A stretch of 64,000 nt of DNA, taken from positions 21,824,001 through 21,888,000 of the forward strand of contig OZ024759.1 in the NCBI GenBank assembly GCA_964016885.1, written 5' to 3'. The notes under the pieces were generated by a model, which saw nothing but the letters and a program-made list of their open reading frames with translations, did no database searches and was not told the DNA's origin. The position numbers were made by a program, and so were the translations under genes. Position 1 is the first letter of the stretch; every line of letters begins with the position of its first letter. Shown here in pieces: positions 42,001 to 57,861 of the stretch. The DNA is from Eledone cirrhosa. Lineage: Eukaryota.

Positions 42001-42646
42001 TACACACATACATACATACATACATACATACATACATACATACATACATACATACATACATACATACATACATACAAAAGAGGTCTTGTTGATGTTGCTG
42101 GTGTTTTTGATGACACTGTCGCTGACTAATACGAAGCATATAGGATGTATAATTCCGATTGGCCTAAAATGTCCATATTTAAAGAGTTGTAATATTTTCA
42201 TTGTTAATGTCTGGCAAAAGTTGCGACCGCAAATAGTATCTCTTTCTCTAAAACAAAAGATTTGTGATCTCTTTAATAAGCAGAGTAAACTGCAACTGTG
42301 AAGAAATTTATCAAAATGATCAAACGCCGTTCGTCGAACAAAATAGATTCACATCACTATTAATACTGTCAATGACAGAATTGCAGTAATAATAGTAAAC
42401 ATACCACACCACCACCACAACCATAATTGTACGGAGTTAATCACGAGATATAGTAATATCTTGGCAATATTACTATAGCAACACAGTCAATGGCGCCTCT
42501 CCAAAACACACCAGAAATACTAGCATTAGTAATTATTGTAGGAGATTGAAATACTATTAATTGTCGAGCTAGCAAAACAAAACAAAAAAACATAACTCTT
42601 TACTTTAACCCGCTTCAAATACTATACAACAACAATACACACACAC

Positions 42647-42684
<38 letters not shown>

Positions 42685-42705
42685 CAAGTGAACTATAACC
42701 TCCTC

Positions 42706-42765
<60 letters not shown>

Positions 42766-42768
<3 letters not shown>

Positions 42769-42897
42769 TTTCTGAATTTGTTTAGCAAGATTCTTTATCT
42801 GAAATCGTGTGTTGAAACCGATATTGTTATACTTTGGGAGGGTCATGGTGCGTGTGTTTCTTATTGGCAACATGACCCTCCCAAAGTATAACAATAT
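42766..42897. mobile_element. Short foldback + tail member of the 29212 family (27-bp arms)
   Basis: atattgttatactttgggagggtcatg at 42821-42847 and its reverse complement at 42871-42897. The tail is the reverse complement of 29508-29563. Confidence 0.8.
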
Positions 42898-43053
42898 ATA
42901 TATATATATATACGTGTGTGTGTGTGTATGTGTGTAATATACATGCATATATACGAATGTGGATATATATATATATAGGGAATGTAATCTCCAGTTATTG
43001 TAGGTTCACAATGAAGACATAACAAATTGTCTTTTTTATTCTTCTTCTTCTTC

Positions 43054-43087
<34 letters not shown>

Positions 43088-43268
43088 ATAAAGTACCAGT
43101 GATGCACTGGGTAATTGCTGGCCTTGTGCCAAAAGTAGAAACATTATTATTATTATATATACATACATACACACGCATATACGCATATATACTTATATAT
43201 ATATATACTATATTCACACACACATACATACGCATATATACATTTACTATATTCTCTCTCACACGCAC

Positions 43269-43359
<91 letters not shown>

Positions 43360-43461
43360 ACATGTTATGGCTTAATATAATTGATTTATTTCATATATCA
43401 ACTATTTATATGGACAAACAACAGTTCACTAAACATCATATCATGTGTGGCAGATTTATTT

Positions 43462-43738
43462 ACATGACAATCCAGTCGCCATCTTTAAATTTGTAAACAT
43501 GACAATCCAGTCACCATCTTTAAATTTGTAAACATGACAATCCAGTCGCCATCTTTAAATTTGTAAACATGACAATCCAGTCGCCATCTTTAGATTTGTA
43601 AATATGACAATCCAGCTGCCATCTTTAAATGTGTAAACATGACAATCCAGTCGCCATCTTTAGATTTGTAAATATGACAATCCCAGTCGCCATCTTTAAA
43701 TTTGTAAACATGAAAATCCAGTTGCCATCTTTAGATTT
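43462..43738 (+). repeat. 35-bp minisatellite, ~8 copies
   Basis: acatgacaatccagtcgccatctttaaatttgtaa, period 35 (43462, 43497 ...). Confidence 0.9.
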
Positions 43739-43877
43739 TCATTCTAGCTTTTTTTTTATATTCTCTCGGTGAAGAAACTTGAATATCTGATATCATTATT
43801 ATATTTGTGGTGTTTTATTATTATATATGTGTTATGTTTATGTCATATTTATTATTACATTTGTGATATCATTATTA

Positions 43878-44450
43878 TAGTGAATTGGCAGTATCGGTAG
43901 AGGGTTGGACGCCATGCTTTCTAGCACAGTTACGTCCCTTTACGGTCTGAGTTCAAATTCCGCCAAGGTTAACTTTACCTTTCATCCTTACGGGGTCGAT
44001 AAAATAAAGTACCAGTAATACACTGGGTAATTGCTGGCCTTATGCCAAAAAGTAGAAACAATTATTATAGTGAATTGGCAGTATCGGTAGAGGGTCAGAC
44101 GCCATGCTTTCTAGCATAGTTATGTCCCTTTATGATCTGAGTTCAAATCCCGCCGAAGTTAACTTTGCTTTTCATCCTTACGGGGTCGATAAAATAAAGT
44201 ACCAGTAATGAACTGGGTAATTGCTGGCCTTGTGCCAAAAGTAGAAACAATTATTATATATCATAGCGGTGATATTGGTAGAGAATCAGACACAATGCTT
44301 CGCAATGCTTCAAATCCCGCCGAGGTTAGCCTTGCCTTTCATCCTTACAGGGTCGATAAAATAAAGTACCAGTAATGCACTGTGGTCCACTTAATCGACT
44401 CCCCCCCCCTTCCAATTGCTGGCCTTGTGCCTAAAGTAGAAACAATTATC
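43878..44450 (+). mobile_element. Three head-to-tail SINE copies
   Basis: tagtgaattggcagtatcggtagagggt...ccaaaagtagaaacaattattata repeated; the third copy is more diverged. Confidence 0.85.
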
Positions 44451-45239
44451 ATATATATGATAGCATTATTATACTTATAATATTTTTATTATATTTGTCA
44501 TATGTTTATTATATTTATGAAATCTTTTAATATTTATGATATCTTTATTATTATATATATATGATATCTTTATATTATTTGTCATATATTTATTATATAA
44601 CTTTATCAAAATTCAGGGTTGATTTATCATAACAACGAACGGTAGTAAATCAACACTGAAACAGGATTTCGTAAATAGAATTATTGAACCAATGCAAACA
44701 TTGATACACACACACTCACATACCTTACACCAATACAAACATTGATACACTCATACACACACACACTAACACCCACCCCACACCAATACAAACATTGATA
44801 CATATACACACACACCTCACACGCATACAGACATTGATATAGGCACACTCACACACACATACACACTAATACAAACATTGATTCACACATACTCACACAC
44901 ACGCACACGCACATCTCTACAAACATTGAGATACACACACAGTAACACACACCAATACATAAATACATACACACACCAATATAAACATTGAGACACATCC
45001 AGAAACAGACACCAGTACAAACGTTGAGACACACAGTAACACACGCACATACATACACACATACATACATACACACACACGCATACACACACACATATAT
45101 ACATACACACACATGCATACATACACACATACACACATACATACATATATACATACATACACGCACACATACATACACACACACCCATACATGCACACAC
45201 ACACATATATACATACACACACACATACATACACACATG

Positions 45240-45775
45240 GTGGCTGCCAACTCGTTTTCGAGTACGGCCACTACTTTATATCCATGTAGCAGAACACTTA
45301 CCGATGCGCTGAACGAGTGTGACTTTTTAGTCCAGCGACTTGAAAACTCTGGTACAAACACTACACATAGTGCTGGGCCCATGGTACCATGTGATGACAA
45401 GTGCAGAGAGATCTCCAGATATAAAGCAATGCCTGTGCCGTGAAGCTTTTATAGTGAGCAAGGGCACTGCACAAAGCCAGTCCCACTCTCTTAACCAAGA
45501 TGATATTTACCAAAAAGAAGAACAAGTCAACATCATTGGATTCCATCAGAGTTGCAGGTGTTATATCAGAGTTTTCCTTCTCCAAGAATTCTGCCTTGAC
45601 AAAGGCTAAGTGGTGGTGGTGTCACCCTGTGGGACACAATCTTTATGCACCACCATGTGTTTTGTTAGTCCAGAAACTAGTTCTACACACTTTGTTGCAC
45701 ATCACGCACGTTGTTTCGCCAGGTCTTTGTTGAGTGGTGTTGCGGCTGGTTATCCTTTCCTGTGACTTCAGCCAC
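45240..45775. mobile_element. Probable LINE remnants, including a frameshifted C2H2-like end on the minus strand
   Basis: Minus strand ~45640-45770 reads TCVMCNKVCRT/GLTKHMVVHK across a frameshift, like the terminal zinc finger of RTE-type ORFs. Embedded in (CA)n. Confidence 0.4.
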
Positions 45776-45859
45776 ACATACATACATACATATACACATA
45801 CATACATATATACACCCACCTACACACATACCAATAAAACACATTGAGGCCCATACAGA

Positions 45860-45933
<74 letters not shown>

Positions 45934-45995
45934 TATAAATTTGACTCCCAGAACATAAAAACAACGCACACAAATAGGCACAAACCAATACAAAT

Positions 45996-46085
<90 letters not shown>

Positions 46086-46646
46086 ATTGATATATACACA
46101 CACACATTGATTCATAAACATACACTGTCACACACATATATAAACACAAATTGATTCATACACACACACAGACATACACAAACGCACGCACACACATTGA
46201 ACCATTCACACACGTACATACATTAAGCACACATGTTAAAACTAAACGGCGATGACAACGTTCAGTTAGACATTAGGAATGTGGTGAGGAAAGAAGCAAG
46301 GGAGGGGTGGGGAATGTGGGTGTGGGGGGTGGGAACGTGGGTAGGTAGGGGTGAGACGTGGGAATGTGGGTAGATAGGGGGCTGGAGACGTTGGAATGGG
46401 GGTAGGCTAGGTGGGGACGTGGGAATGGAGATAGGCAAAGGGGGTGAGTGTGGGGACGTGGGAATGGGGGTAGGGTGGGGGACCAGATATATCAGTTACG
46501 CTGTGTTCATTCACGGAGAAGTAAAGTTATGGAAATTTCTCAGAAACTGAAATAACATGGTGGCAGATTTTGACATAGTTGTGAGGGCTTAGTGAAGAGT
46601 CTTGTAATTCTACAGTTTCACCTATGTACTCACAGGACCATCAGTC

Positions 46647-46731
<85 letters not shown>

Positions 46732-46734
<3 letters not shown>

Positions 46735-46931
46735 GGAAAAGAGTCAGGACCCCGACGGCTGAGCTCCGGCCGTTTCGACAGCTATTTCTGAACAGTCCGT
46801 TCAGAAATATCTGTCGAAACGGCCAGAGATCAGCCGTTGGGGGTCCTGACTCTTTCCCTATTACCCACTCTACTAGCCATAATATCGAGTACTCTGGTGC
46901 GTTATGGTTCCTTACCATACTTCCTTCGTTA
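46732..46931 (+). mobile_element. Foldback + tail element (~60-bp arms)
   Basis: ataggaaaagagtcaggaccccgacggctgagctccggccgtttcgacagctatttctgaac, then an inverted copy to 46861, then the tacccactctact... tail. Confidence 0.8.
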
Positions 46932-46946
46932 AATGTATATATATAT

Positions 46947-47135
46947 ATAAACTAATATATATGATGAAACACAGATACCAACACATCTGTATATATATTG
47001 CAAAAGAAAATTTCGTTTGCAATATATATACAGATGTGTTGGTATCTGTGTTTCATCATATATATTAGTTTATGCACGGCTCAGGGGTATTTTCCTCCTT
47101 CGAGCTAATTCCATTGTAAAAGAATACATTACACT
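46947..47135 (+). mobile_element. Perfect 58-bp-arm palindrome + tail
   Basis: 46947-47004 and 47016-47073 are exact reverse complements; 11-nt loop agaaaatttcg. Confidence 0.85.
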
Positions 47136-47519
47136 TAATAATATATATATATATATGTGTGTGTGTGTATATATATATCATGAAAAGAAAATCTTTTTCT
47201 GAGAAATTATTGGATGTTTCCAAATTTAAAGGTTTCTTAGGAACTTTCAATGTTTATTTTAAGTTTTGCCGTCTAAAGAGCTCAGGCTATCATAACTGAT
47301 AGTCTTCAGTGAAATATATGTATACCGGAGTTTTAAATAAACCTGAATCAACTGAATATGGCTTCCGATCTTTTATTAATATATATATATATATTAAAAA
47401 AGTGAGAGGAGCTGTATGGTTATCAATAAATATTATTTTGAAAACTTGAGTGAAAACACAAACAGAAGGTCAATTCCCGCTCATTGGCCGTCTTCGGTAA
47501 ATCGCTAAAGTTTCGAACG

Positions 47520-47624
<105 letters not shown>

Positions 47625-47635
47625 TAAATATGTAT

Positions 47636-47864
47636 ATAGGAAAAGAGCGAGGACCCCGACGGCTGAGCTCCGGCCGTTTCGACAGCTAGATCCGAACTAA
47701 GTCACACACTCACACAGTGGCTTAGTTCGGATCTAGCTGTCGAAAGGCTGCAGCTCAGCCGTCGGGGGTCCCGACTATTTTCCTATTACCCACTCTACTA
47801 CCCTAAGTATTGAGTACTCTGGTGCGTTATGGTCCACCTGTATCTTACCACACGCTCTTTGTTA
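47636..47864 (+). mobile_element. Foldback + tail element (same family as 46732, different loop-proximal sequence)
   Basis: Hairpin 47636-47786 with inner agctagatccgaactaagtcac/gtggcttagttcggatctagct, followed by the shared tail. Confidence 0.8.
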
Positions 47865-47989
47865 TATATATAATAGTAATAAATTTAGTAAAGATATCCA
47901 AGGTTTAGAGAGCACTCAGTCTATGGGACGAGTTTCAATATATCATTAAATTCGGTATTGAATTTAATAGTGTGTGTGTGAGAGAGAGA

Positions 47990-48060
<71 letters not shown>

Positions 48061-48428
48061 GGTCTTCCACAAACACACACACGGAGTTTCCGTCCCCCAA
48101 TTTCATTCATTTAACAGTGGCCATGAAATGGCAGCTATAAGTAAAAGAAAAACACTTGTTCGAGATAGACCCTTACTACAATGGGGAAAAAATTGAAAGC
48201 ACGTAGTTTTCAAAGGCGTGGACAACCTAACCATGCAGCCGCCATTCCGAAGCCTTACTTCGATTATTCAAACTTTTGACAATGTTTAGGTTTGAGAAGA
48301 AAAACTTGCAGAGGAATCTATTTGATCTATCATCACATATTGTTTTCCTGAAATATCCGCATTATCGATTATATGGTGACATTGATCCTGCGGCAGGTGA
48401 TTGTAACTTTTACTTTGTAAATAACTGA

Positions 48429-48488
<60 letters not shown>

Positions 48489-48847
48489 ACACAAACACAC
48501 ACACACACAAACACACACGTACACACTCACACAGAGACCCACAAGCACAGACACATACATGCACACACACGCGCGCGCACACACATGCACACACACACAC
48601 TCAAACACACACAGAGGCAGGCACACATGCACACACATACAGACATACACGCACACACATACGTACACACACACGAACGGAATCATACATACACACACAG
48701 ACACACAGATAGAAGATTCTAGAGTTTCTTTATTGATATTCTCACCCTGTCCAACCCCACCACCACCACCCCACCATCTCTGATCACTGATTCACCATTG
48801 TTTTCGTTCCTTCCTAAGTTTCTATTTACATCTTGGCTTCCGACTGA

Positions 48848-48894
<47 letters not shown>

Positions 48895-49010
48895 CATGTG
48901 TGTGTGCATATATATATATACATACATATGTGTGTGTGTGCATGTATATATATATATATATATATACATACATGTGTGTGTGCATATATATATATACATA
49001 CATATGTGTG

Positions 49011-49051
<41 letters not shown>

Positions 49052-49210
49052 ACATACATATATATATACATATATATATATACACATAAACATCAGTGTA
49101 TACACACACAAACACACACACACACACACACACACACCCAACTATATATTTACCAGCATATCAATGCATGTTAATGTTAATGTTTCAGTACGCTTATTTA
49201 TCCCTATCCC

Positions 49211-49242
<32 letters not shown>

Positions 49243-49244
49243 GT

Positions 49245-49284
<40 letters not shown>

Positions 49285-49412
49285 TCGATATTGTATTTCT
49301 ATAAATTCTTCGTTTACGCCCCGAGATTCCGTTCATCAGAATACACAAACCATAATATACACATGATCTAATACATTTCTTTCTACCATAGTACCTCTTT
49401 ATGTACTCAAAC

Positions 49413-49487
<75 letters not shown>

Positions 49488-49565
49488 GATGTATATATAT
49501 ATATATGTATGTTATGGAATACTGTTAGCTTCTCGCTACAACAATTTCTAAACGTTTCATTTATT

Positions 49566-49612
<47 letters not shown>

Positions 49613-49614
49613 AT

Positions 49615-49655
<41 letters not shown>

Positions 49656-49708
49656 TTTACTAGGAGTTACTGCGGGTGAACCTGCTGTAACTCCTAGTTA
49701 CACCCCCT

Positions 49709-49770
<62 letters not shown>

Positions 49771-50994
49771 TTAGAAACGCACAGATACATGCGGACACAC
49801 ACACATATATACATGAATGCATCCGCACCCAACTGTGAGTTAAGGGTGCCAACTTCACCGATGTTGCTCAATGAATGACTGGGACAGACCAATTCAGTTT
49901 GAACTGTTCTTGAGACTAGTAAAATGAGGTATCCTCTTGATAAGTCGGCAGACCTCGCAAGGACTCTATATCTTTGATATATTGTTTTTGTTTATGCCAC
50001 GAAACTACGTAGTCGAGGAATTTAGGAACGGTTTAGGTATGATACATTTTATTACTAATTATATCTAAATGTTTCTTCTTCTCTCTTCATAATGTATATA
50101 TATATGTATATATATATGTGTATGTATATATATATGAATGCATATATATATGTATGTATATATATATATATGTATATATATATACATATATATATATACA
50201 TACATACATATATATATACATACATATATATATGCATACATATATATATACATACACATATATATATACATATATATATGTGCACTTAGCAACTAATGTA
50301 TGCAATGAATATGTATCTTTTTTTAATCAACATAGAAATACGTAAATTAGATATTCCATAATATTGGTTTCTGATTTAGGCACAAGGCCAACAATTTTCG
50401 TGGAGGGGAAAAGTCGATTAAATCAACACCAGTCAGTGCATTACTGGTACTTTATTTTATCAACTCCGTAACGATGAAAGGCAAATTTAACCTCGGCGGG
50501 ATTAGAGCTCAGAGCGTAAAGAGGCGTTACTCTATGCCATAAAGCATGTTGTCCGACACTCTACCGATCTCATATATTTTGTGTGTGTATGTATGTTTCT
50601 GTATGTCTTTCAACATATACACAACGCAACACCAGACTTTAAAAAAATGACCATGATATTTGCCCGTCACAATTATACATATAGTTATTTTTTGGGTTCT
50701 TTGTGTGTGTGTATTTTACCGACAGCGTAGCGACAAGTAGCAACCTAGTATTTCATTAAATTGTAGGGAACTCAAACGTCGAAATTGTTGCAAAACCCTA
50801 TTTTTTGCCATGATCATCATAGCAGCCGGCTGTTGTACAACTATTTCTGTGTTCAAGTTGTCTACAATTTTATGAAATATTTACATATTCAACATCCCAA
50901 ATCATTTCATAAATTAGATATGTTTACATGTTTAAACTGGAAAATGGAACTTATTCAGTTACAACACATAATCTGAATATACTTAAAAGGAAAG

Positions 50995-51370
50995 GAACAG
51001 ATCGTTAGATGGGATCAAGGAAACTATGTTTCTGTTGATCTTTCCATTGCTGATACTATCTGTTCATCACAACTCCTGGCAGAAGAAAGGAGCTGATCAT
51101 CAGATCAGACCAAAGAAAACAATTTTCCGTCGGTCTTTCCATTTCTGATACTATCTGTCAGTCACAACTCCTATCAGAAGAAAGGAGCAGATCATCAGAT
51201 TGGACCAGGGAAAGAATGTTTCCGTTGGTCTTTTCATTGCTGATACCATCTGTTCGTTACAACTACTGACAGAAGAAAGAAGCAGATCATTAGATTGGAT
51301 CAAGGAAACACTGTTCCATTGGTCTTTTCATTGTTGATACTATCTGTTAGTCACAACTCCTGGCAGAAAG
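50995..51370 (+). repeat. ~95-bp diverged tandem repeat, ~4 copies
   Basis: ...ggtctttccattgctgatactatctgtt...acaactcctggcagaagaaaggagcagatcatcagattggacca... recurs. Confidence 0.8.
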
Positions 51371-52266
51371 AGATGAGATTTGAACTCAGAACACACAGAG
51401 TTGAATTATATAACAAAAAGCTTTCTGTCCAAGTCTTTAAAAAATTCGGCCAATCCACCACAGCTGGACTGGAACTTTATCGATTCCGAAAGCATTAAAG
51501 AAGAAATCTGACCTCAATGAGATTTGAGCTGAGGGCGTTGAGAGGCGGAAAGAATGGCAATTCTCAGCCATATATTTACAAATATCAAAGAAATATAGAA
51601 AGATTCTATATATGTGCATAGAAAACAGGAGAAAAAAATTCATGTTCTGAAGAATATTTTATACCAGTTTCGCAGATTTAGACATTTTCTTTGACACTGT
51701 TGTAACCTAGCAATACATCTAAACAGCAGTAGTTCAGATAACGAAGATTCTTACAAGCAGCATTGCACAACCATAACATAATGAACCCATTGTCGTTTCA
51801 TTTAATATTTCTAAACTAATTGCGAGCAATTATTAACAACTACCTTATTAATTAATGAGACCTAATTAATAGTGTCTACTTTTTCGTCTTCTTAATAACC
51901 AGAGCCATTAGCGGCTGGCTCTCATATATTAACAGTAGAGAGCTCTAATTTAGTGAGCTATGACTACAAAGAGATGTATCGGTATAGTGTTGTAGTTGTG
52001 GAGAGCTGAAGGTAAAGAGTTCTAACTGTAAAGAGTTCCAACATTATGAGCGAGAAATACAAATAGGACCAAAGCTGTTGCCCACAGTATGATTAAAAAC
52101 AGGCATGGTTGTGCGGTTAAAGAGTTCAAAATGGCAGTCACTACGGTGGGAGTGGGGGAGGGTCTGGAAAACGATCAATGATTAACAACAACCTGAGACA
52201 GCAACAGTCTCATAAAGAAGAAGAAGAAGAAGAAGAAGAAGAAGAAGAAGAAGAAGAAGAAGAAGC

Positions 52267-52320
<54 letters not shown>

Positions 52321-53839
52321 CTACTACAACAGCAACAACAACAACAACAATAACAACAATTAATTAGAATAAGATTATATAAGAGAAATCGATATTCTTT
52401 TTGTAAATCAAGGTCTCTATAATTGGTTATTCCAAGACATAAGATCAATGAAGTCACTCGCAGAACAACTAGTTTTGGTTTTTATGAATAAGCCTCATTT
52501 GGTCATTCTATGAGAGTATCTTGTTCATAGGCTGATTATAAGCTAGTGCTGTGAAATCTTGCATGCATTGATTTAAACTCTTCTTGTTAATAACTACATT
52601 ATTTCGTTCCAGCGACTATATTGAAAAAATAAACCTGATTTGGTCATTCCATGAGAGCATCATGATCAGCCTACGAAAGAGTGATGCTAGAGCTGCGAAA
52701 TCTTACATGCATTAATTTCAATTCTTCTTATTAGTAATTGCATTGTTTCTTTCCAGGGACTATGTTGGAAACTAAACTTCATTTCGTCACTCCATGAGGT
52801 CAGCCTATGAACCTTTCAGCCAACCCCCGTAAAAAAAGTGCAAGGGTTTATAAATAGGCCATTCGTAATATAAATAAATTTGACAAATTTATCGATATTT
52901 TAACTTATTGTCAGCACAACATATATCCTTTGAATTAGACAACCAGTCAAATAACGAACATTTCTGCTAATATTATACAAAAAAAAAAGAAAAAAGAAAA
53001 AAAGGGGGCTTATTTATTTGATATTTTAGATCTCAACTTGAAAAACTAGCTTCGTACATCTTGCCATAACAATAAAAGGAAAAACTCAATATTGGTAGAT
53101 TTGTTATTTACTGCGCTAATACTCTCTCAGATGTAAGATTATCAAAAGTAGCATTACGAAGGGAAAACCCATCAAAAATAGAAAAAAAAAATACTTCAGA
53201 AATTTAAGAGGGGAAAACCTCCCTAGTATTTGTAAAATCTGAGATAATAAACAATCTGTTGTTGTTGTTGTTGTCATTGATATATTATTGACAGGTCTTA
53301 TAATCTTCTTTGATTTTGGTCCTTCTACCTGTTAAAAATATCAATATTGCTACAAGCTACGACTGACATTTATTGCAAATGAATCAAAAATAAATATAAT
53401 TCTCTTGTCAGTAATAACATCAACTTCATAGCACTTTGTTTCAGGGCAGATATAAGTAGAATTACTTCAAGTAACTATACTCTACAGTAAGAGAAAAATA
53501 GAGCCGTCAAAATGACGAAAATAAAATAATGATAATAATATTTATATTCGATTTAAGTAGTATCAACCGTTCTAAAACAGAATAAGAAACAGCAACATAA
53601 TAAAATACACTCACTCAATCTTAGATTGTATGAAGGAAAATTTAAGCTTCTTAATTTTGGGATATATGATTATAATATTGATCACTTCTGGGCAATGACA
53701 TTAGAAATTTGAAGGATCCTTGGGTTTGCCTAATCATCACGTTTGTGACGATTTCAACAGAATTGTCAATAGATAAATAATTTGATATAAACCTTAGAAT
53801 ATATTTCAAACGTTGGGTTTGAATATAGATGTTTAAGCA

Positions 53840-54310
<471 letters not shown>

Positions 54311-54314
54311 ATTA

Positions 54315-54730
54315 TACAACTGAGATCTCGGTAGAGCGCTTAGGTCAGATTAAGTCACTAAACAGCCGAGGTCTTGGTAGACAGCTCAGGTCAGATCGTT
54401 ACACAGCCTAGGTCTTGGTAGAGAGGTCATGTCAGGTCGTTACACGGCCTAGGTCTTGGTAGAGAGGTCATGTCAGGTCGTTCCACAGCTTAGGTCTTGG
54501 TAGAGAGATCATGTCATGTCGTTACACAGCTTAGGTCTTGGTAGAGAAATCATGTCAGGTCGTTACACAGCCTAGGTCTTGGTAGACAGGTCAGGTCACG
54601 TTGTTACACAGCCGTGGTCTTGGTAAACAGGTCAGATCATGTCGTTACAAAGCCGAGGTTTCGGTAGACAGAGCAGTTCGTTACACAGCTGGGGTCTCGG
54701 TAAAGAGCTAAGATCTTGGTAGAGAGGTTA
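54315..54730 (+). repeat. 41-bp minisatellite, ~10 copies
   Basis: ggtcttggtagagaggtcatgtcaggtcgttacacagccta, period 41 (54411, 54452 ...). Confidence 0.88.
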
Positions 54731-56437
54731 AAAAACTCTCAGGAGGGCTGGACAGCAGAAGGTCTTCAGAGAAGAAACCCCTCCCAAGCAAGTGTTTCGG
54801 CCCTTAACTTCAGAAGCAGAAACGACAAGTCAGGTAATCACGGAGCTGAGATCTAGGTAGAAAAGTCATGTCATTACACAACGTAGACTGCACAGTAAAG
54901 TAGCCCCACTAAAATGTATCCTCGATGTGTAATCTAAGACTGAGTTAATATATTTTGAGCCGCTGTTTCGTATTCCGATTTAGAAACGCTTAAATCTACT
55001 TCAATTTGTAAAGAAAGCTGCTAATTTTATACACTTAAATTTGTGGCTCATAAAATTACGGTAAAACATCTGCTGACTATCTGTGTTTGTCTGTAGAAAT
55101 GGTGAGGATATAGTTAGGTCAGCTGCGGAAATTGGTGGGATTTGACAGGAAGTAAAAGAAACTGGAATAAGTAAACATATCTTTAGCGTAATTCTAGGAA
55201 AAACATAAGTGTTTGTGCGAAAAATTCTTTACACAAATAGAAGTGAAAGAAAGAACAAAAATCTAAATACATACAGTGTGTAGCTGTATATATTTCTGTC
55301 TTTGAGTCTGTCTACCTGTGTGTGTGCCCGAGAGAGAGAGAGATGATATATGTGTGTACACATGTGTGCATGAGTGCAACTAGTGCGCCTATCTGCGATT
55401 ATATTTTGGCAGCTGGTATTCCAAGACTAATCCGACAGAACATCTTGAAGAATTTTTAGCTTAATCTAATAGAAACAAGTTAGAAGCTGTGTATTTGAGC
55501 CTGTAAGTATGTGCGAGACGCTGCCGGGATATATATATATATATATATATGGTTTCTAATTTAGGCATATGGCCCGCAAGTTGGGTGATGGTGGGTGTGC
55601 GGTTCTATTACATCGGCCCCAATACTTCGCTGGTACTTTACTTTATCGACCTCCAGAAGTATGAAAAGGCAGAGTTCCAGCTGGGCAATTTAATATCTCT
55701 ATCATTTGTTCAAGCTTGGCTGTATGTACGTGTGTGCATTGGCTTGTGTGTACAATGGTATGTGTGTAACCGGTATTTGGGAGATATAGGGTTCGATGCC
55801 TCATAGCAGCCGATGGCAACTTCTTTTTCCGTCTTTAAGGGACTTCATCCTATTTTATAAGCTATTTTATAGCACCTCCGCGAATGAACACATCAGTGTG
55901 TGGGTTGTCATCAGGGTATCAGTTTGAATGCACCCGTAAGTATACGTTCTGTGTGAAAATATGTGTATAAATCTATATAAACTACCATGTTTAGTTGTTT
56001 AGCTCTAGAAACACATCACAGTAACAAACTCCCTATAATATTTACAAATGTATGCCAGAAAGTAAATGGAATCAATGAAGCAGACAACACAATGCAATGA
56101 TGAAATATATTAGTTTAACGCTTGATATAGCAGGAAAATAGACTTTACGTTTCGGACAGTAGTCCTTCATCAAAAGATAGAATGAGAAATAAAAGATGAA
56201 ATAGAAAGATAGAGAGCGAGAAGAGGAAAGAATGGAAAATGTTTTTCGAGAAAAAACACGTGAATTCAGTCAGCCATTGTGGAGAATGTTAGCTCTATAT
56301 AACACATCCATCAGCTACTGCCTCACTACAACACTATCTCCCTAATATATTAAGGGCCGAAATAGTTGCTTGATGTAGGGATGGGATTCTTCTCTGAAGA
56401 CCTTCTGCTCTCCAGCTCTCCTGAGAGTTTTTTACTG

Positions 56438-57022
56438 CTTTAGCTCTATAAACACAATACACCAACTAATTACTATGCTATCTCCCTACTATACTATTTA
56501 GTACTATAACACATCACACCAACTACTATACTATCTCCCTACTCTAATATCTAGTTCTATAGAAACACATCATACCATCTATTTCAAAACTATACTATTT
56601 AGCTCTATATAACATCACATCATCTATCACCCTACTATACTATTTAGCTCTATATAAACACATCACACCAACTATCACCCTACTATACTATTTAGCTCCA
56701 TATAAACACATCACACCAACAATTATACTATCACCTTACTATAATATTTAGCTCTATATAAACACATCATACCAACTATCACCCTACTATACTATTTAGC
56801 TCCATATAAACACATCACACCAACAATTATACTATCACCTTACTATAATATTTAGCTCTATATAAACACATCACACCAACTATCACCCTACTATAATATT
56901 TAGCTCTATATAAACACATCACACTATACTATTTCACTACTATAATTCATCACACCAACAACTATACTATCACCCTACTATACTATTAAACTCTATATAA
57001 ACACATCATCACAGCAACTATC
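56438..57022 (+). repeat. Minisatellite with alternating ~48 and ~57-bp units
   Basis: tatttagctctatataaacacatcacaccaactatcaccctactatac alternates with a variant carrying an extra aattatac-like segment. Confidence 0.85.
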
Positions 57023-57314
57023 ATTTTTCACTTGTTATCCACATCAAGTACACATAATGGATGACTATCTCCTTTCGGAAAAATCTTCCTGAAAATATTA
57101 TTTGTCAGCATCACATCCGACAGCAAACATCCTCTCCCGGATAAAAGGACATCATTTTTATTTGATAGACCGGAACAATCCACAATACAAGCCTTTACTT
57201 AGCTTAATGGAACTCAGCAACTTAATATTGAAAAAGCTTTTCACTTGTTTCAAGCTACCGCCTCTCTCTCTCTCTCTCTTTCTCTCTCCTATCCCCCCCC
57301 CCTCTCTATATATT

Positions 57315-57346
<32 letters not shown>

Positions 57347-57529
57347 TCTCTCTCTCTCTGCCTACCTCTCTCCTCCCCCCTCTCTCTCATTCTCTCTCTC
57401 ATTCTCTCCTCCCCCTCTCTCTCATTCTCTCCTCCCCCTCTCTCTCATTTTCTCCCTAACGCTCTCTCTCTCTTTCTGACTTTCTCTCCCTCCCTCGCCT
57501 CACTCTCTCCCTAACTACCTCTCCTCAAA

Positions 57530-57562
<33 letters not shown>

Positions 57563-57604
57563 ATGCCACTTTTAAAATTCATCTTATTTATCAACTCATT
57601 CTAG

Positions 57605-57805
57605 CCGTGTGTGTGTATGTGGGAGGGTGGAACGGTGTTTGTTTATGTGTGTATCTAAGTGTTTGTCTGGGTGTGTGTGTGTGTATGAGTGTGTCTGTGT
57701 GCGTGTGTATATGTGCGTATGAGGGGGGTGGGACGGTGTGTGCCTGTGTGAGAGTGTGTGCGTGTTTCTATGTGTATTTGTGTGTGAGTACTTGTGTGTT
57801 TCTAC

Positions 57806-57861
<56 letters not shown>

